Assembly (NCBI GenBank): GCA_037441845.1
Contig: JBBIRK010000001.1
Coordinates: 160,001-224,000 of the forward strand
Direction of reading: 5' to 3'
DNA from: Candidatus Zixiibacteriota bacterium
GTDB taxonomy: Bacteria > Zixibacteria > MSB-5A5 > UBA10806 > 4484-95
Length of the DNA: 64,000 nucleotides
Part shown: one piece after another, positions 1 through 9,152 of the stretch
Layout: every line of letters starts with the position of its first letter
How positions within the stretch are numbered: the first letter of the stretch is position 1
Position numbers and translations under genes: made by a program
Notes under the pieces: generated by a model
What the model saw: only the letters and a program-made list of their open reading frames with translations
Told to the model about the DNA's origin: nothing
Database searches by the model: none

Positions 1-278
1 CCCAGCTTTTCAATGTATTAAAGGGCGATATGTCAATCGTCGGTCCGCGGCCGCCCTTGGCCGGGGAGGTAAAGAAATTCGAGCCTTGGCAGAGGCGCAA
101 ATTATCGGTGAAACCCGGAATCACATGCCTTTGGCAAATAAACGGAAGAAACCATATCAAATTTCAAGACTGGCTGAAAATGGATCTCGAATATATCGAC
201 AATTGGTCACTCTGGCTCGATTTCAAGATCATGGCGCGAACCATCCCCGCCGTGTTGACCAGGCGAGGCGCCTATTAA
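1..278 (+). CDS. Bacterial sugar transferase (WcaJ/WbaP-type polyprenyl glycosylphosphotransferase), C-terminal part; 5' end lies outside the window
   Basis: Frame is open from the window edge (QLFNVLKGD), then MSIVGPRP...VKPGITCLWQINGRN...DLEYIDNWSLWLDFKI, the typical Bac_transf C-terminus. Confidence 0.92.
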   Translation, partial: QLFNVLKGDMSIVGPRPPLAGEVKKFEPWQRRKLSVKPGITCLWQINGRNHIKFQDWLKMDLEYIDNWSLWLDFKIMARTIPAVLTRRGAY

Positions 279-289
279 GCAGGTCGAAT

Positions 290-1297
290 ATGGCTGAAAT
301 CCTGGTGGTAGATAACAATAAATGCATTACCGAACTTATCAGGGAGGTTCTGGGGAGCGACGGTCATAATGTGGCTACTGCGCAGACTGGAAATCAGGCG
401 GAGGAGCTATTCAATTCCAAGGATTTCGACGTGGCTTTCATAGACATCGGCCTCCCGGACGCCAACGGCCTTAGCCTAATATCGAAAATCAGACAAATCA
501 ATCCCGACACGAAAGCGGTAGTAGTCTCAGGCAAATCGGACAATGACACGATCATCAAATCGTTCCGTGCCGGCGCCGCCGATTACCTGTTGAAACCGTT
601 CGATATCGACGATCTGCTTCGACTTGCCGGCTCACGGCGGGATATCCAACCCATAGACGAGATCCTCCCTTATCGGAAAACGACTCACAATCCAAAGAGA
701 CTGCCCCGATTCCTGCTGAAAATTGCAGGACATCTTGTGCCGCCTGCTATGATGGCGGCTGCCCTCTTGATCAAATTCCAGCTTCTCCCGATGCCGGATA
801 TCCAGAAAGAAAATGCGGCCATGAAAATCATTTTGCAACTGGCTTCGTTTATCTGTTGCTACGGATTCGTGATTTCAACCGCAGGATACTGGGTAAAATT
901 TTTGAATTCAAAAGACTCTTTCGGGCACAAGTTGATATCGACCACTCTTGCCCATATATTGTTCCTGGTCGTCCTGTATTTTGCCAATCCCTATATCGAT
1001 GCACGTGAAGTGTTGGCGATGTCGTGGTCGGCCTCGGTGGCATTTTATTATATAGGTCAATCATCCAGGATTTCATCCTTTATACGAAACCTGATTGCAG
1101 CCAGGGAAGGACGCCACAGGCTCATTTTTGGAATTTCGTCGTCCGATGATTTACGCAAACGAGGTGATAATCCCGATCCCACCCAAAAGCAGCAATCGGC
1201 TCCGGATAAAGGATACGCAACATACATGACAAAGCGGCTCGACGTCGAACAGGAGGTCCCGGCCCGGCGGGAAGACAAAGTCCCGCTTTCGGTGTAA
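290..1297 (+). CDS. Response regulator receiver domain fused to a multi-pass membrane region
   Basis: ATG at 290: MAEILVVDNN...FIDIGLPD...VVVSG...DYLLKPF receiver motifs, then about four hydrophobic segments. The ORF-track start at 86 overlaps the upstream gene. Confidence 0.8.
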   Translation: MAEILVVDNNKCITELIREVLGSDGHNVATAQTGNQAEELFNSKDFDVAFIDIGLPDANGLSLISKIRQINPDTKAVVVSGKSDNDTIIKSFRAGAADYLLKPFDIDDLLRLAGSRRDIQPIDEILPYRKTTHNPKRLPRFLLKIAGHLVPPAMMAAALLIKFQLLPMPDIQKENAAMKIILQLASFICCYGFVISTAGYWVKFLNSKDSFGHKLISTTLAHILFLVVLYFANPYIDAREVLAMSWSASVAFYYIGQSSRISSFIRNLIAAREGRHRLIFGISSSDDLRKRGDNPDPTQKQQSAPDKGYATYMTKRLDVEQEVPARREDKVPLSV

Positions 1298-1307
1298 CAA
1301 GTCGGTC

Positions 1308-2807
1308 ATGCGTGGATTTTATACTTTACTTATAACCTTCATCATTTTCGACCATGCCGGGGCAATACCAACAGGCAGGCTCGATACCGAAACCGCCAAT
1401 CTTTTCTTAAGAGAATTATATCTGCGAGGAGGAATTTCCGCCGGAAACGCCTTGCTATTGCCGACGGAGGGGAAATATCAAAATGAATCGGATGCTTCGT
1501 TCGGAACCGAAAAAATCCTTAAACAGACGATAGCTCTGAATTACGAGCGTTTCGCCGCCGCCGATAAAATCCTTCAACCAGGACTTTCGGTCATAGGTCA
1601 CGGCCATTTCGGAAAAGATTTCAACAAGGCATATTGGCAGTTCTTCCCGGAAATTTCCTATGGTATAGCAAAAAACATCAGCCTTCGCGTTGACTATCGT
1701 ATCGATTCGAAGCTCGCTGGAGATTCCGATTATGCGGGGAAAAAATGGAAAGGCTGGGCCGGCTACGCCGAAAATGCGACCGTCGGATACATCACCAAGA
1801 GGCTTTCGATAGATCTGGGTCGGCGACGAACCAATTGGGGTATCGGGCGACAATCCAACTCGCTTTTTGTCTCGTCATCGGCGATGCCGATGGACGGCTT
1901 GTTTATGCGGTACCGATTCAATGAACATATCGAGTTGGCGTGGATAACCACTTTTTTATCGCCAACTATCGATTCCGTCGGTTTGCCTGCTTCAGAAAAC
2001 CGATATTTATCCGCCCATGCTTTGATAGTTTCTCCTTTCGACTGGTGCGACATTATGCTGAAAGAATCGGTGGTTTACGGCGGGCCGGGACGTCGCCCTG
2101 AGCTTTATTATGCTTTTCCTCTGCTATGGTATCATGCGGAACAGCTCAATCAGGACCGTGATGATAACACCTTCGTCGGCTTGGGCGCCGTGTTCAAAAT
2201 GCCCGGCAGAGCCGCGCTATATTTCGACTTATTGATTGATGACCTGCAAATCGAAAAACGAACCGCCTTCGATCGGGAACCATCGGAATATGCCTTCTCG
2301 GGAGGAGTATGCCTATTCGATTTTCCGGTGGAATCAACCAATCTCGAGCTGACCTATGATCTTATCACAAACCGCACCTATAATCAGATTCGAACCTACA
2401 ATCGCTATGAAAACGAAGGAGTTCCGATCGGCGACAGCCTAGGTCCGGACCATGATCGAATCGGGGTATTTTACGACTGGCATTTTTCCAGTTATATGCA
2501 CATTGCCGCATCGGTGACATTCCAGAGGCGAGGCGAGGGGAGGCTAACCGGAGATTGGACAACGCCATGGCTCGATTCACCAGGATATAAAGAAGCTTTT
2601 CCCTCGGGAATTGTGGAAAAAACAACCCGGGCTAATCTGGGGCTCCATGTCCAAAAAAACCGCTATTGGCAAAGTAAGTTGGCGCTCGAATTTGTCGATA
2701 TAAAAAATGATAATAATATCCGTGGCGAAGACCGGAGAACCTGGGGATTATATTACAATATAGTCTGCGATCTGCCACGAATAAGCTGGAGGATTGACGA
2801 TGAATAA
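1308..2807 (+). CDS. Capsule assembly Wzi-family outer-membrane beta-barrel protein
   Basis: Signal peptide; motifs LGRRRTNWG, RYLSAH, ESVVYGG, DLLIDD, IGDSLGPD; EPS operon context. Confidence 0.75.
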   Translation: MRGFYTLLITFIIFDHAGAIPTGRLDTETANLFLRELYLRGGISAGNALLLPTEGKYQNESDASFGTEKILKQTIALNYERFAAADKILQPGLSVIGHGHFGKDFNKAYWQFFPEISYGIAKNISLRVDYRIDSKLAGDSDYAGKKWKGWAGYAENATVGYITKRLSIDLGRRRTNWGIGRQSNSLFVSSSAMPMDGLFMRYRFNEHIELAWITTFLSPTIDSVGLPASENRYLSAHALIVSPFDWCDIMLKESVVYGGPGRRPELYYAFPLLWYHAEQLNQDRDDNTFVGLGAVFKMPGRAALYFDLLIDDLQIEKRTAFDREPSEYAFSGGVCLFDFPVESTNLELTYDLITNRTYNQIRTYNRYENEGVPIGDSLGPDHDRIGVFYDWHFSSYMHIAASVTFQRRGEGRLTGDWTTPWLDSPGYKEAFPSGIVEKTTRANLGLHVQKNRYWQSKLALEFVDIKNDNNIRGEDRRTWGLYYNIVCDLPRISWRIDDE

Positions 2808-4647
2808 GAAGCTGCCGGTAACGATGGTTGCCATTGCAATGTTATTTATCTCCACGGCCAGGGCCAATCTCGAGGTGAATGCCGGGGCACGCGGCGAGGG
2901 GATCGGATTCGCCTATAGCGCAATCGCCGACGATGCTTTCGGCGTTCTACACAACCCAGCCGGAATCGCATTCTCCCAGGGCTGGCAGGTCCAGCTTCAA
3001 TATCTCCGTCCCACCGAATACGGATATTCCGCATATCTTGAATCGCCCTACTCGGGCCTGGCGGCCATCCGCTTTCACGATGAGCGGTTCGGTGCTTTGG
3101 CTTTTAACGCATTCCAATCCGGCTCGACGGCTGAACCCACATCGATAACGACCATCAACGCGGTCAATTTGGGATATGCGCGGAAACTGGCATCGTTCGC
3201 CGCATTCGGTCTGGGAACGAAATATCAATTCGAAACCAACTACGGTAAACGAAAAGCGTTCGATCTGGATTTGGGAGTCAATATAAATCCGACACCCAAT
3301 TTCACTCTTGCTCTTGCCGGGGAAAATATCCTTAGAAGCGAAATGACACCGACCTGGCTGAACCAAGAGGCCCATCTCGATCGTAAAGCGCGCGCCAGCG
3401 TCGCATTCGGCATTCCATTCGGCAACAACCTCGGATTCTTGCTGGCCGGGTATCAGGCGGCCGAGACCCAAGGACAAAGTACCCGCTGGAATTCATTGTA
3501 TAATTTCGGAAGCGAGTGGTGGTTCGGCATACTTTCCAAAGTAAGTTTCGGATTGCGCGGCGGATATGCTTTCGGGAAAGCCGAATATAACTCCACCACC
3601 GGCGATTATAAGCGCATTCATGCGGGAGTTTCCTTCAACCTCGATTTGGGCGGAAGAGATATGCGTTTGGATTACGGCCTTCGCACGTTCCCCTTCGAGT
3701 CCGATGAAAATTTCGCCGTCGATCAGTTCATCTCATTTAGTTATGGATTCGGCGGCGTGCCCCAACAAAATCGCAAGACCAAACAGGATTTTGCCGATAT
3801 ACAAACACCGTCATTCGAACCGACAAAGCCGCCTGACAAACAACCCGTCGGCATGAAATCCGTTCCCGTCGAAATCAAGCCGCAGGCTATACCCGCTCCC
3901 GTTTCCGAATCACCGAAACCAACCACGGTCAGCGAGCCGGACTTGACGATAAAACCGACGGCGTTGCCCGAGACAGCCAAGCCGATGACTGAACCGACAC
4001 CGACACAATTCGAGCCAAAACCAGTTGCTGCAACCGGTGCCGTCCCCGAAACCCCGAAATCGCCGAAGATCGGTGAGCCCGATCAGACCGCCAAGAAGGC
4101 GGCCGCGCCCGAAACGGCGCTCCCGACAACCGAACAGCTCCCGAAGCCGACTGCGCCAGTGGAGGAAGCAAAACCGGTCGTCGAGCCGCCTCCGGTCCTT
4201 GAGGTAGCCGGGATCGACGAGGTGCAGACGGTAGAGCCTACGAAAAATATGCCACCCCCGATAATTGAAAATATGCAACCGGCAAAAATAGAACCGAATC
4301 CGGCCGACTATATGAAATTGGCGGTCAGCCTCGATGTGTCGGATATCAGCATGATGGGCGAAAAGCGGATCGTTTTCTATATCAGGCCGGAACGAGTGGT
4401 GAAATTGACATCCTGGAAACTGTATATACTCAAATCCAAACTGAAAGACTGGTCGGAATCGAAACTGGAAGCGGACGCCATACATTATATCGAGGGCAAA
4501 GGGATACCACCGATCAACGTAATCTGGAACGGGACGCTCAGAAACGGCGGCCATGCCCCTGCCGGGAAATATCATTTCATTTTAACGGGAATCGATAAAA
4601 CCGGCCAAAGGTATATCTCCGGCTGGTGCAAATTCGGTCTGAATTAA
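2800..4647 (+). CDS. PorV/PorQ-like beta-barrel, Pro/Thr/Glu-rich linker and C-terminal FlgD-like Ig domain
   Basis: GARGEGIGFAYSAIADDAFGVLHNPAG N-terminal motif; low-complexity P/T/E/K stretch; C-terminal SWKLYI...VIWNG...APAGKYHFIL. Start overlaps the upstream stop. Confidence 0.7.
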   Translation: MNKKLPVTMVAIAMLFISTARANLEVNAGARGEGIGFAYSAIADDAFGVLHNPAGIAFSQGWQVQLQYLRPTEYGYSAYLESPYSGLAAIRFHDERFGALAFNAFQSGSTAEPTSITTINAVNLGYARKLASFAAFGLGTKYQFETNYGKRKAFDLDLGVNINPTPNFTLALAGENILRSEMTPTWLNQEAHLDRKARASVAFGIPFGNNLGFLLAGYQAAETQGQSTRWNSLYNFGSEWWFGILSKVSFGLRGGYAFGKAEYNSTTGDYKRIHAGVSFNLDLGGRDMRLDYGLRTFPFESDENFAVDQFISFSYGFGGVPQQNRKTKQDFADIQTPSFEPTKPPDKQPVGMKSVPVEIKPQAIPAPVSESPKPTTVSEPDLTIKPTALPETAKPMTEPTPTQFEPKPVAATGAVPETPKSPKIGEPDQTAKKAAAPETALPTTEQLPKPTAPVEEAKPVVEPPPVLEVAGIDEVQTVEPTKNMPPPIIENMQPAKIEPNPADYMKLAVSLDVSDISMMGEKRIVFYIRPERVVKLTSWKLYILKSKLKDWSESKLEADAIHYIEGKGIPPINVIWNGTLRNGGHAPAGKYHFILTGIDKTGQRYISGWCKFGLN

Positions 4648-4668
4648 GCAAAGAATTTTATATTTCAA

Positions 4669-4701
4669 GCGGCGGTCGATTGTCGGCCGCCGTTTTTGTT
4701 T
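4669..4701 (+). terminator. Intrinsic terminator
   Basis: GCGGCGGTCGA-ttg-TCGGCCGCCGT followed by TTTTGTTT, just after the stop at 4647. Confidence 0.75.
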
Positions 4702-4743
4702 GCACCTTATTCAAAATATGGTGCTCGGCTGCATACAAACCGA

Positions 4744-4974
4744 TCAGGTCTTTTTCTTAGGAGGCAGCGCCCTGGCTTTCACCTGTGAGGTAAAGCCGAC
4801 TCGTTTGTGCGAGCCGTCGCAAAACGGCTTATCTTGCGATTGACCGCAGCGGCAGAGCCAGATTTCGGTCCTGCCTCCGAGATCGAAAATCCGCCCTTCG
4901 GCATCGACAAGTTCGAATTCTCCCTCGATATGCAGCGAGCCGTTATCATTGGGAGTTATCCGGCAACGATTCAT
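4744..4974 (-). CDS. CDGSH iron-sulfur domain protein
   Basis: LCRCGQSQDKPFCDGSH motif; AAGGAGG RBS before the ATG at 4974. Confidence 0.92.
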   Translation of the reverse strand: MNRCRITPNDNGSLHIEGEFELVDAEGRIFDLGGRTEIWLCRCGQSQDKPFCDGSHKRVGFTSQVKARALPPKKKT

Positions 4975-5046
4975 ACGATCCTCCTTGATTTGCATGCTTA
5001 CTTCCGACCGGCGGAGCCTCAATTAACCGCTTGCAGCTGGTCGGTT

Positions 5047-5820
5047 TTACATGGAATCCACCACAGCGGCCAGATTCTTTATGACCGCCAGGTAATTATC
5101 GAATAGAATTTCCAGCGTGGCGGTCGATTCTTCCAATTCTCCTCGCTTTAATTTCCAGACCTCGCCCAGCGGCGCCGTATCGATTCCGTAATCTTCCTCT
5201 ATTAGTTTCAGCAGCGCCGTTACGCTTGCCGGCGGCGTATGCCCCTTCAGCCGAATCATCCCCCGGCAGGCGGTCAGTATCGAAACGATCGATCCGGCTA
5301 TGAGTTGATGCAGCGAATCCCTATCACCTGGAATCTGGACGAACCCCCGCCGCAGGTGAATTAGTTTGCCTTTGAACTCCACCTCGCACTGATGACGCAA
5401 ATTCTTCATCTCGATCTGTGCGCCTTCAAGCGGATCCATTCCATAAAGACAAACATGATTTTCCTTCATATCGGAAAATTCGAGCGGAAAAGTGTCGAGC
5501 GATGTCGGAATATGGTCTCTTCTGAATATCAGCGGCGCAACCAATCCCGACTTGCGATAACGCCGGCCGATATCCCTTATCGCATTTAGTTCCGCTGTCG
5601 ATATCTTTTCCAATATGAGCACCGTATTTATATCCGAGACACCTTCCTTAAAATAATCTACTGAGTCATCGGCCGATTTGCGGGCCGCGGAACCATAAAG
5701 CAAAAGGGAAATCAAGTTGTCACCGAATGCTTTGATCAGATCACGGCAGAAACCCTCGATGGCGCGCCTGCTTTTCTCCGGAAGATGGGCAAGTTTGGTT
5801 TCCATATCATTTTCGGCCAT
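5047..5820 (-). CDS. Nucleotidyltransferase-domain protein (Pol-beta superfamily) with helical C-terminus
   Basis: LLLYGSAAR...SDINTVLIL motif; downstream SLDTFPLEF and LYGMDPL. Confidence 0.7.
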   Translation of the reverse strand: MAENDMETKLAHLPEKSRRAIEGFCRDLIKAFGDNLISLLLYGSAARKSADDSVDYFKEGVSDINTVLILEKISTAELNAIRDIGRRYRKSGLVAPLIFRRDHIPTSLDTFPLEFSDMKENHVCLYGMDPLEGAQIEMKNLRHQCEVEFKGKLIHLRRGFVQIPGDRDSLHQLIAGSIVSILTACRGMIRLKGHTPPASVTALLKLIEEDYGIDTAPLGEVWKLKRGELEESTATLEILFDNYLAVIKNLAAVVDSM

Positions 5821-5832
5821 GACATCCCTCCT

Positions 5833-6582
5833 CTATTCTTCCCCCTGGACTTCTTTGATTATTCGCACTATAAGGGGCATTATTTCACCTGATTTTCCTC
5901 TGATGGTCAAATCGCAGATCGCGGAAATTTCGCTCGGTTCGGGGTTGATTTCGACCACGAAGGCGCCGTTTTGTTTGGCCATGAACGGCAACGACGCGGC
6001 CGGCTGAACCGCCGCCGAGGTGCCGATACTGAAGAAAAGGTCGCAATCCCGGGCGGCCGCTATCGAGGCGGATAGCTCTTGCTCGGGAAGCATCTCGCCG
6101 AACCAGACGACGTCGGGACGCAGACTTCCTCCGCATTGACATATCGGCGGAAATTGAACGTAATCGTCCCGATAATCGGTCCGGTTGCATTTCAAACAGC
6201 GGTTCCTCCTTATATTGCCATGGAGCTCGTAAACTTGAGGCGAACCGGCCAGCTCATGTAAACCATCGACGTTCTGAGTTATAAGGGTGAATCTCTTGAA
6301 ATACCCCGCCATCTCCGCCAGCGCGTAATGCCCCGGGTTCGGCTTAACCTTTTTTATCAAGTCGCGTCGGTAATTATACCACTCCCAAACCAATCCAGGA
6401 TTGGCCATGAACGCCTCGAACGTGGCCAATTCTTCCGGCCTGAACTTTTTCCAGAGACCATCGGCGCCGCGAAACGTCGGCACTCCGGATTCCGCCGATA
6501 TGCCTGCGCCCGTCAGCACCGCTGTATGCCTTGCTCGTTTCAGCACGGCCCTGAATTCTCGATGATCGATTTCATCTATCAT
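5833..6582 (-). CDS. cobB: NAD-dependent protein deacylase (sirtuin)
   Basis: GAGISAESGVPTFRG, TQNVDGLH, HG, CxxC/CxC zinc ligands, RPDVVWFGE, GTS. Confidence 0.95.
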   Translation of the reverse strand: MIDEIDHREFRAVLKRARHTAVLTGAGISAESGVPTFRGADGLWKKFRPEELATFEAFMANPGLVWEWYNYRRDLIKKVKPNPGHYALAEMAGYFKRFTLITQNVDGLHELAGSPQVYELHGNIRRNRCLKCNRTDYRDDYVQFPPICQCGGSLRPDVVWFGEMLPEQELSASIAAARDCDLFFSIGTSAAVQPAASLPFMAKQNGAFVVEINPEPSEISAICDLTIRGKSGEIMPLIVRIIKEVQGEE

Positions 6583-6663
6583 ACGATTATGATAGTTATA
6601 TGGACCAGAGCAGTCAAGCTTACAGGTTATCGATTTCGAGCGATTCGCAAGAGGGTTGATTTC

Positions 6664-7863
6664 TCAACTCGTTTTTTTTGCGGCCGACCTTCCGAAAACG
6701 GCGAAATAGGCGGTCCCGATTATCCCAAAAGCGAAAGCGGTCCAGAGATTCAAAGCCGGGCTGATGCTCCAAAGCCAGCCGCCCAGAAAGGCACCCGCGG
6801 AAACGATCGTATCTCTGAGGAAATAATAAGCCCCCACCGTCCGCGCTTTCATTCGTTGATCCGCAAGATCCACGATCAGCGCTTTTCTTGTCGGTTCACC
6901 GAATTCTTTTAATCCCCGCACCATAAACGCCAAAATCAGCATCGATGTCGAGGTGGAAAAAAAAAGAATGGCCGGGAAAAGCGTAAAAAAAACGAACGTC
7001 GCAATAACGAATGGCTTACGCTCGGCTCTGTCTGAAAAAGAGGCGACCGGGATATAAAGCAGCATGGCCGTGCCCATCTCGATCGCCGTCAGCCAGCCGA
7101 ACTGGAACGCTCCTTTGCCGGCAACGTTCATGACCCAGATTACGACGAACGAGTTAGGGATTTGTTCGCAGAATCTTATAAGGATATCCGAAACCAGCAG
7201 GTTTTTCAGCGCCGGATCGAATCTCCCGATGATTTTCAACAGTTTCAACTTCTCATAAGCTGCTTTTTCTTCCAAAACCATCTTCTGCTGTAATATCAAG
7301 GCGCCCAATGCCAGCGCAACAGCTGCGCTGAAAGCCATCTTTATCCCGTTTTGCATGCCGTATGCGCCGATCAATATGCCGCCGAGCACGGGACCGGCGG
7401 CCATGGGAATCCGACGAATGATCGAATGCATCGATACTCCCATCGCCCTTTTCGATTGCGGCAGTCTGCGGGCGATAATATCCATGGTGGCGGGAAGCGA
7501 TAACGACGACCAGGATAGAAATAATATGGATGCCATAATCACGGCCGGCCATGACGGCGCCAAGATTACTATCAGATATCCGCAGATCGATATGAGATTG
7601 AATATCGCCAGCGCCCGCCGCGCGCCAAGACGGTCGGTCAAAAATCCGCCGGGGAGCGACCATAAGGCCCCAAAAAGGTTTTCAACCGTACCATATATTC
7701 CTATGGCTATCGCACCGGCTCCGAGAAATTCCAGATATTTGGGAATATATCGCGAGCCCAAACGCTCCCCGAGGCCGACAAGTATGCTCATTCCCAAAAG
7801 CAGTACTATATCGCGTTTAAGCCCCAAGAAGCCGGCGGCGCGTTTTGAAAATGGCTCGGGCAT
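6664..7863 (-). CDS. MFS transporter
   Basis: About 12 hydrophobic segments; motif A GGFLTDRLGARR. ATG start taken at MPEPFS. Confidence 0.9.
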   Translation of the reverse strand: MPEPFSKRAAGFLGLKRDIVLLLGMSILVGLGERLGSRYIPKYLEFLGAGAIAIGIYGTVENLFGALWSLPGGFLTDRLGARRALAIFNLISICGYLIVILAPSWPAVIMASILFLSWSSLSLPATMDIIARRLPQSKRAMGVSMHSIIRRIPMAAGPVLGGILIGAYGMQNGIKMAFSAAVALALGALILQQKMVLEEKAAYEKLKLLKIIGRFDPALKNLLVSDILIRFCEQIPNSFVVIWVMNVAGKGAFQFGWLTAIEMGTAMLLYIPVASFSDRAERKPFVIATFVFFTLFPAILFFSTSTSMLILAFMVRGLKEFGEPTRKALIVDLADQRMKARTVGAYYFLRDTIVSAGAFLGGWLWSISPALNLWTAFAFGIIGTAYFAVFGRSAAKKTS

Positions 7864-8019
7864 AAAATCAATCAATTATAGCCTCCGGCAAAATGATTGT
7901 CAATTTCCGTCAGATGCTCAAAATCCCTTGAGAATTCATGATCAATCGCTTAATTGATTATTTTGGAAAGACAGTGCAGAGAGTCGTCGTATTCACACGA
8001 TGATTCGGAATCGTAGAAA

Positions 8020-9138
8020 ATGAAAAAGATTAAGTTACTGTTCAAGATCGGCTATGCTTATCACAAAGCCGCCTTCGATCCGATAATAGAATTGCTGATG
8101 AACGATGAACGTTTCGATGTTTGGTTTTCTCTCGAGTTGGAAAAAAAACGATTTCTTTTGTTCGACTTTCCCTATCGAGCACCCATAATCAACGAATGGC
8201 GAAAACTCGGTTATCGTTTTACGAATATTAAACGCGGATTCGACATAGTGATAACCGGCGACACCATCCGCGACGCGCACGCCTACGGCAAGACTTTGCT
8301 ATGCTTCTTGAACCACGGAACCGGAATCAAAAATATCCTGTATCGTAATCTGGCCGGAAGAACCGGTGATCGCTATCAGATATTCGTAGAGGGCCGACAC
8401 AGAGTCGATTCGCTTTTGGCTTCGAGAAGCCTCGGCCGAAGCGAAATCCACCTGATCGGATTGCCCAAGCTGGATCATCTCTTACAGGGGCGGTTTGCCG
8501 ACAGGGAAAAACGCCTCAGTCGATTGGGGCTTGACCCGCGAAAAAAGACGGTGTTGTTCGCTCCCACTTATAAACCTACATGTTTATACGAAATCAAAGA
8601 CGACATTTTCGAACAAACCAAGAATTATAATTTGATCATCAAGTTGCACCCATATAGCTGGATGGGGAAATACGCCCCCCACAGGCAACACCGAATTTAC
8701 CAAAAGAGAGTGAAAAAATATCCGCACAGCGTTCTCTTACCGTTTTCCGAATACAATATCATGCCATATTACGCGGTTTGCGATACGGTGATCAGCGAGG
8801 CATCCAGCACGATCTTCGACCTGCTGGCGGTCGGCAAGACCGGAATCGTGTTCGATCTACCCTGCGATAAGTTGCGCCATTCCGACGGTCAACCGCTTCT
8901 GGAAATCGACAATCGGGAGTTCTTGAAAGGGGCGTTCGTGCACATCGGTTCAGGCGATCAAATAGAGAAGGGTATAGAGCAGGCGTTGAATCCCACGCCG
9001 GAAATGCTCAAAGCGGCCGACGAATACCGGAAACGGTATTTTTTCGGTCTCGATGGGCAGGCCTCAAAAAGATTTATCGATAAAATGCTCGAATTATACG
9101 AAGAGGGAGGCCATGAGAATGTACCCCCAGGTTGTTAA
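8020..9138 (+). CDS. CDP-glycerol glycerophosphotransferase (TagB/TagF/EpsJ-like) family protein
   Basis: HGTGIK, GLPKLD, VLFAPTY, IKLHP, ISEASS motifs. Confidence 0.8.
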   Translation: MKKIKLLFKIGYAYHKAAFDPIIELLMNDERFDVWFSLELEKKRFLLFDFPYRAPIINEWRKLGYRFTNIKRGFDIVITGDTIRDAHAYGKTLLCFLNHGTGIKNILYRNLAGRTGDRYQIFVEGRHRVDSLLASRSLGRSEIHLIGLPKLDHLLQGRFADREKRLSRLGLDPRKKTVLFAPTYKPTCLYEIKDDIFEQTKNYNLIIKLHPYSWMGKYAPHRQHRIYQKRVKKYPHSVLLPFSEYNIMPYYAVCDTVISEASSTIFDLLAVGKTGIVFDLPCDKLRHSDGQPLLEIDNREFLKGAFVHIGSGDQIEKGIEQALNPTPEMLKAADEYRKRYFFGLDGQASKRFIDKMLELYEEGGHENVPPGC

Positions 9139-9152
9139 GGCATCTGATCACT

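Noticed and set aside
86..289. N-terminal extension of the response regulator ORF
   Set aside because: It overlaps the sugar transferase in another frame; the receiver domain begins at ATG 290.
3800..4310. Repetitive region as a CRISPR array or DNA tandem repeat
   Set aside because: Low complexity is at the protein level (Pro/Thr/Glu linker); there are no identical, regularly spaced DNA repeats.
5047..6582. Sirtuin plus nucleotidyltransferase as an anti-phage system (Thoeris/CBASS-like)
   Set aside because: The sirtuin is a canonical zinc-binding CobB, and there is no effector gene or defence-island context.
6957..6992. A9 and A8 homopolymers in the MFS gene as phase-variation tracts
   Set aside because: They encode Phe-Phe in TM helices and the frame is intact.
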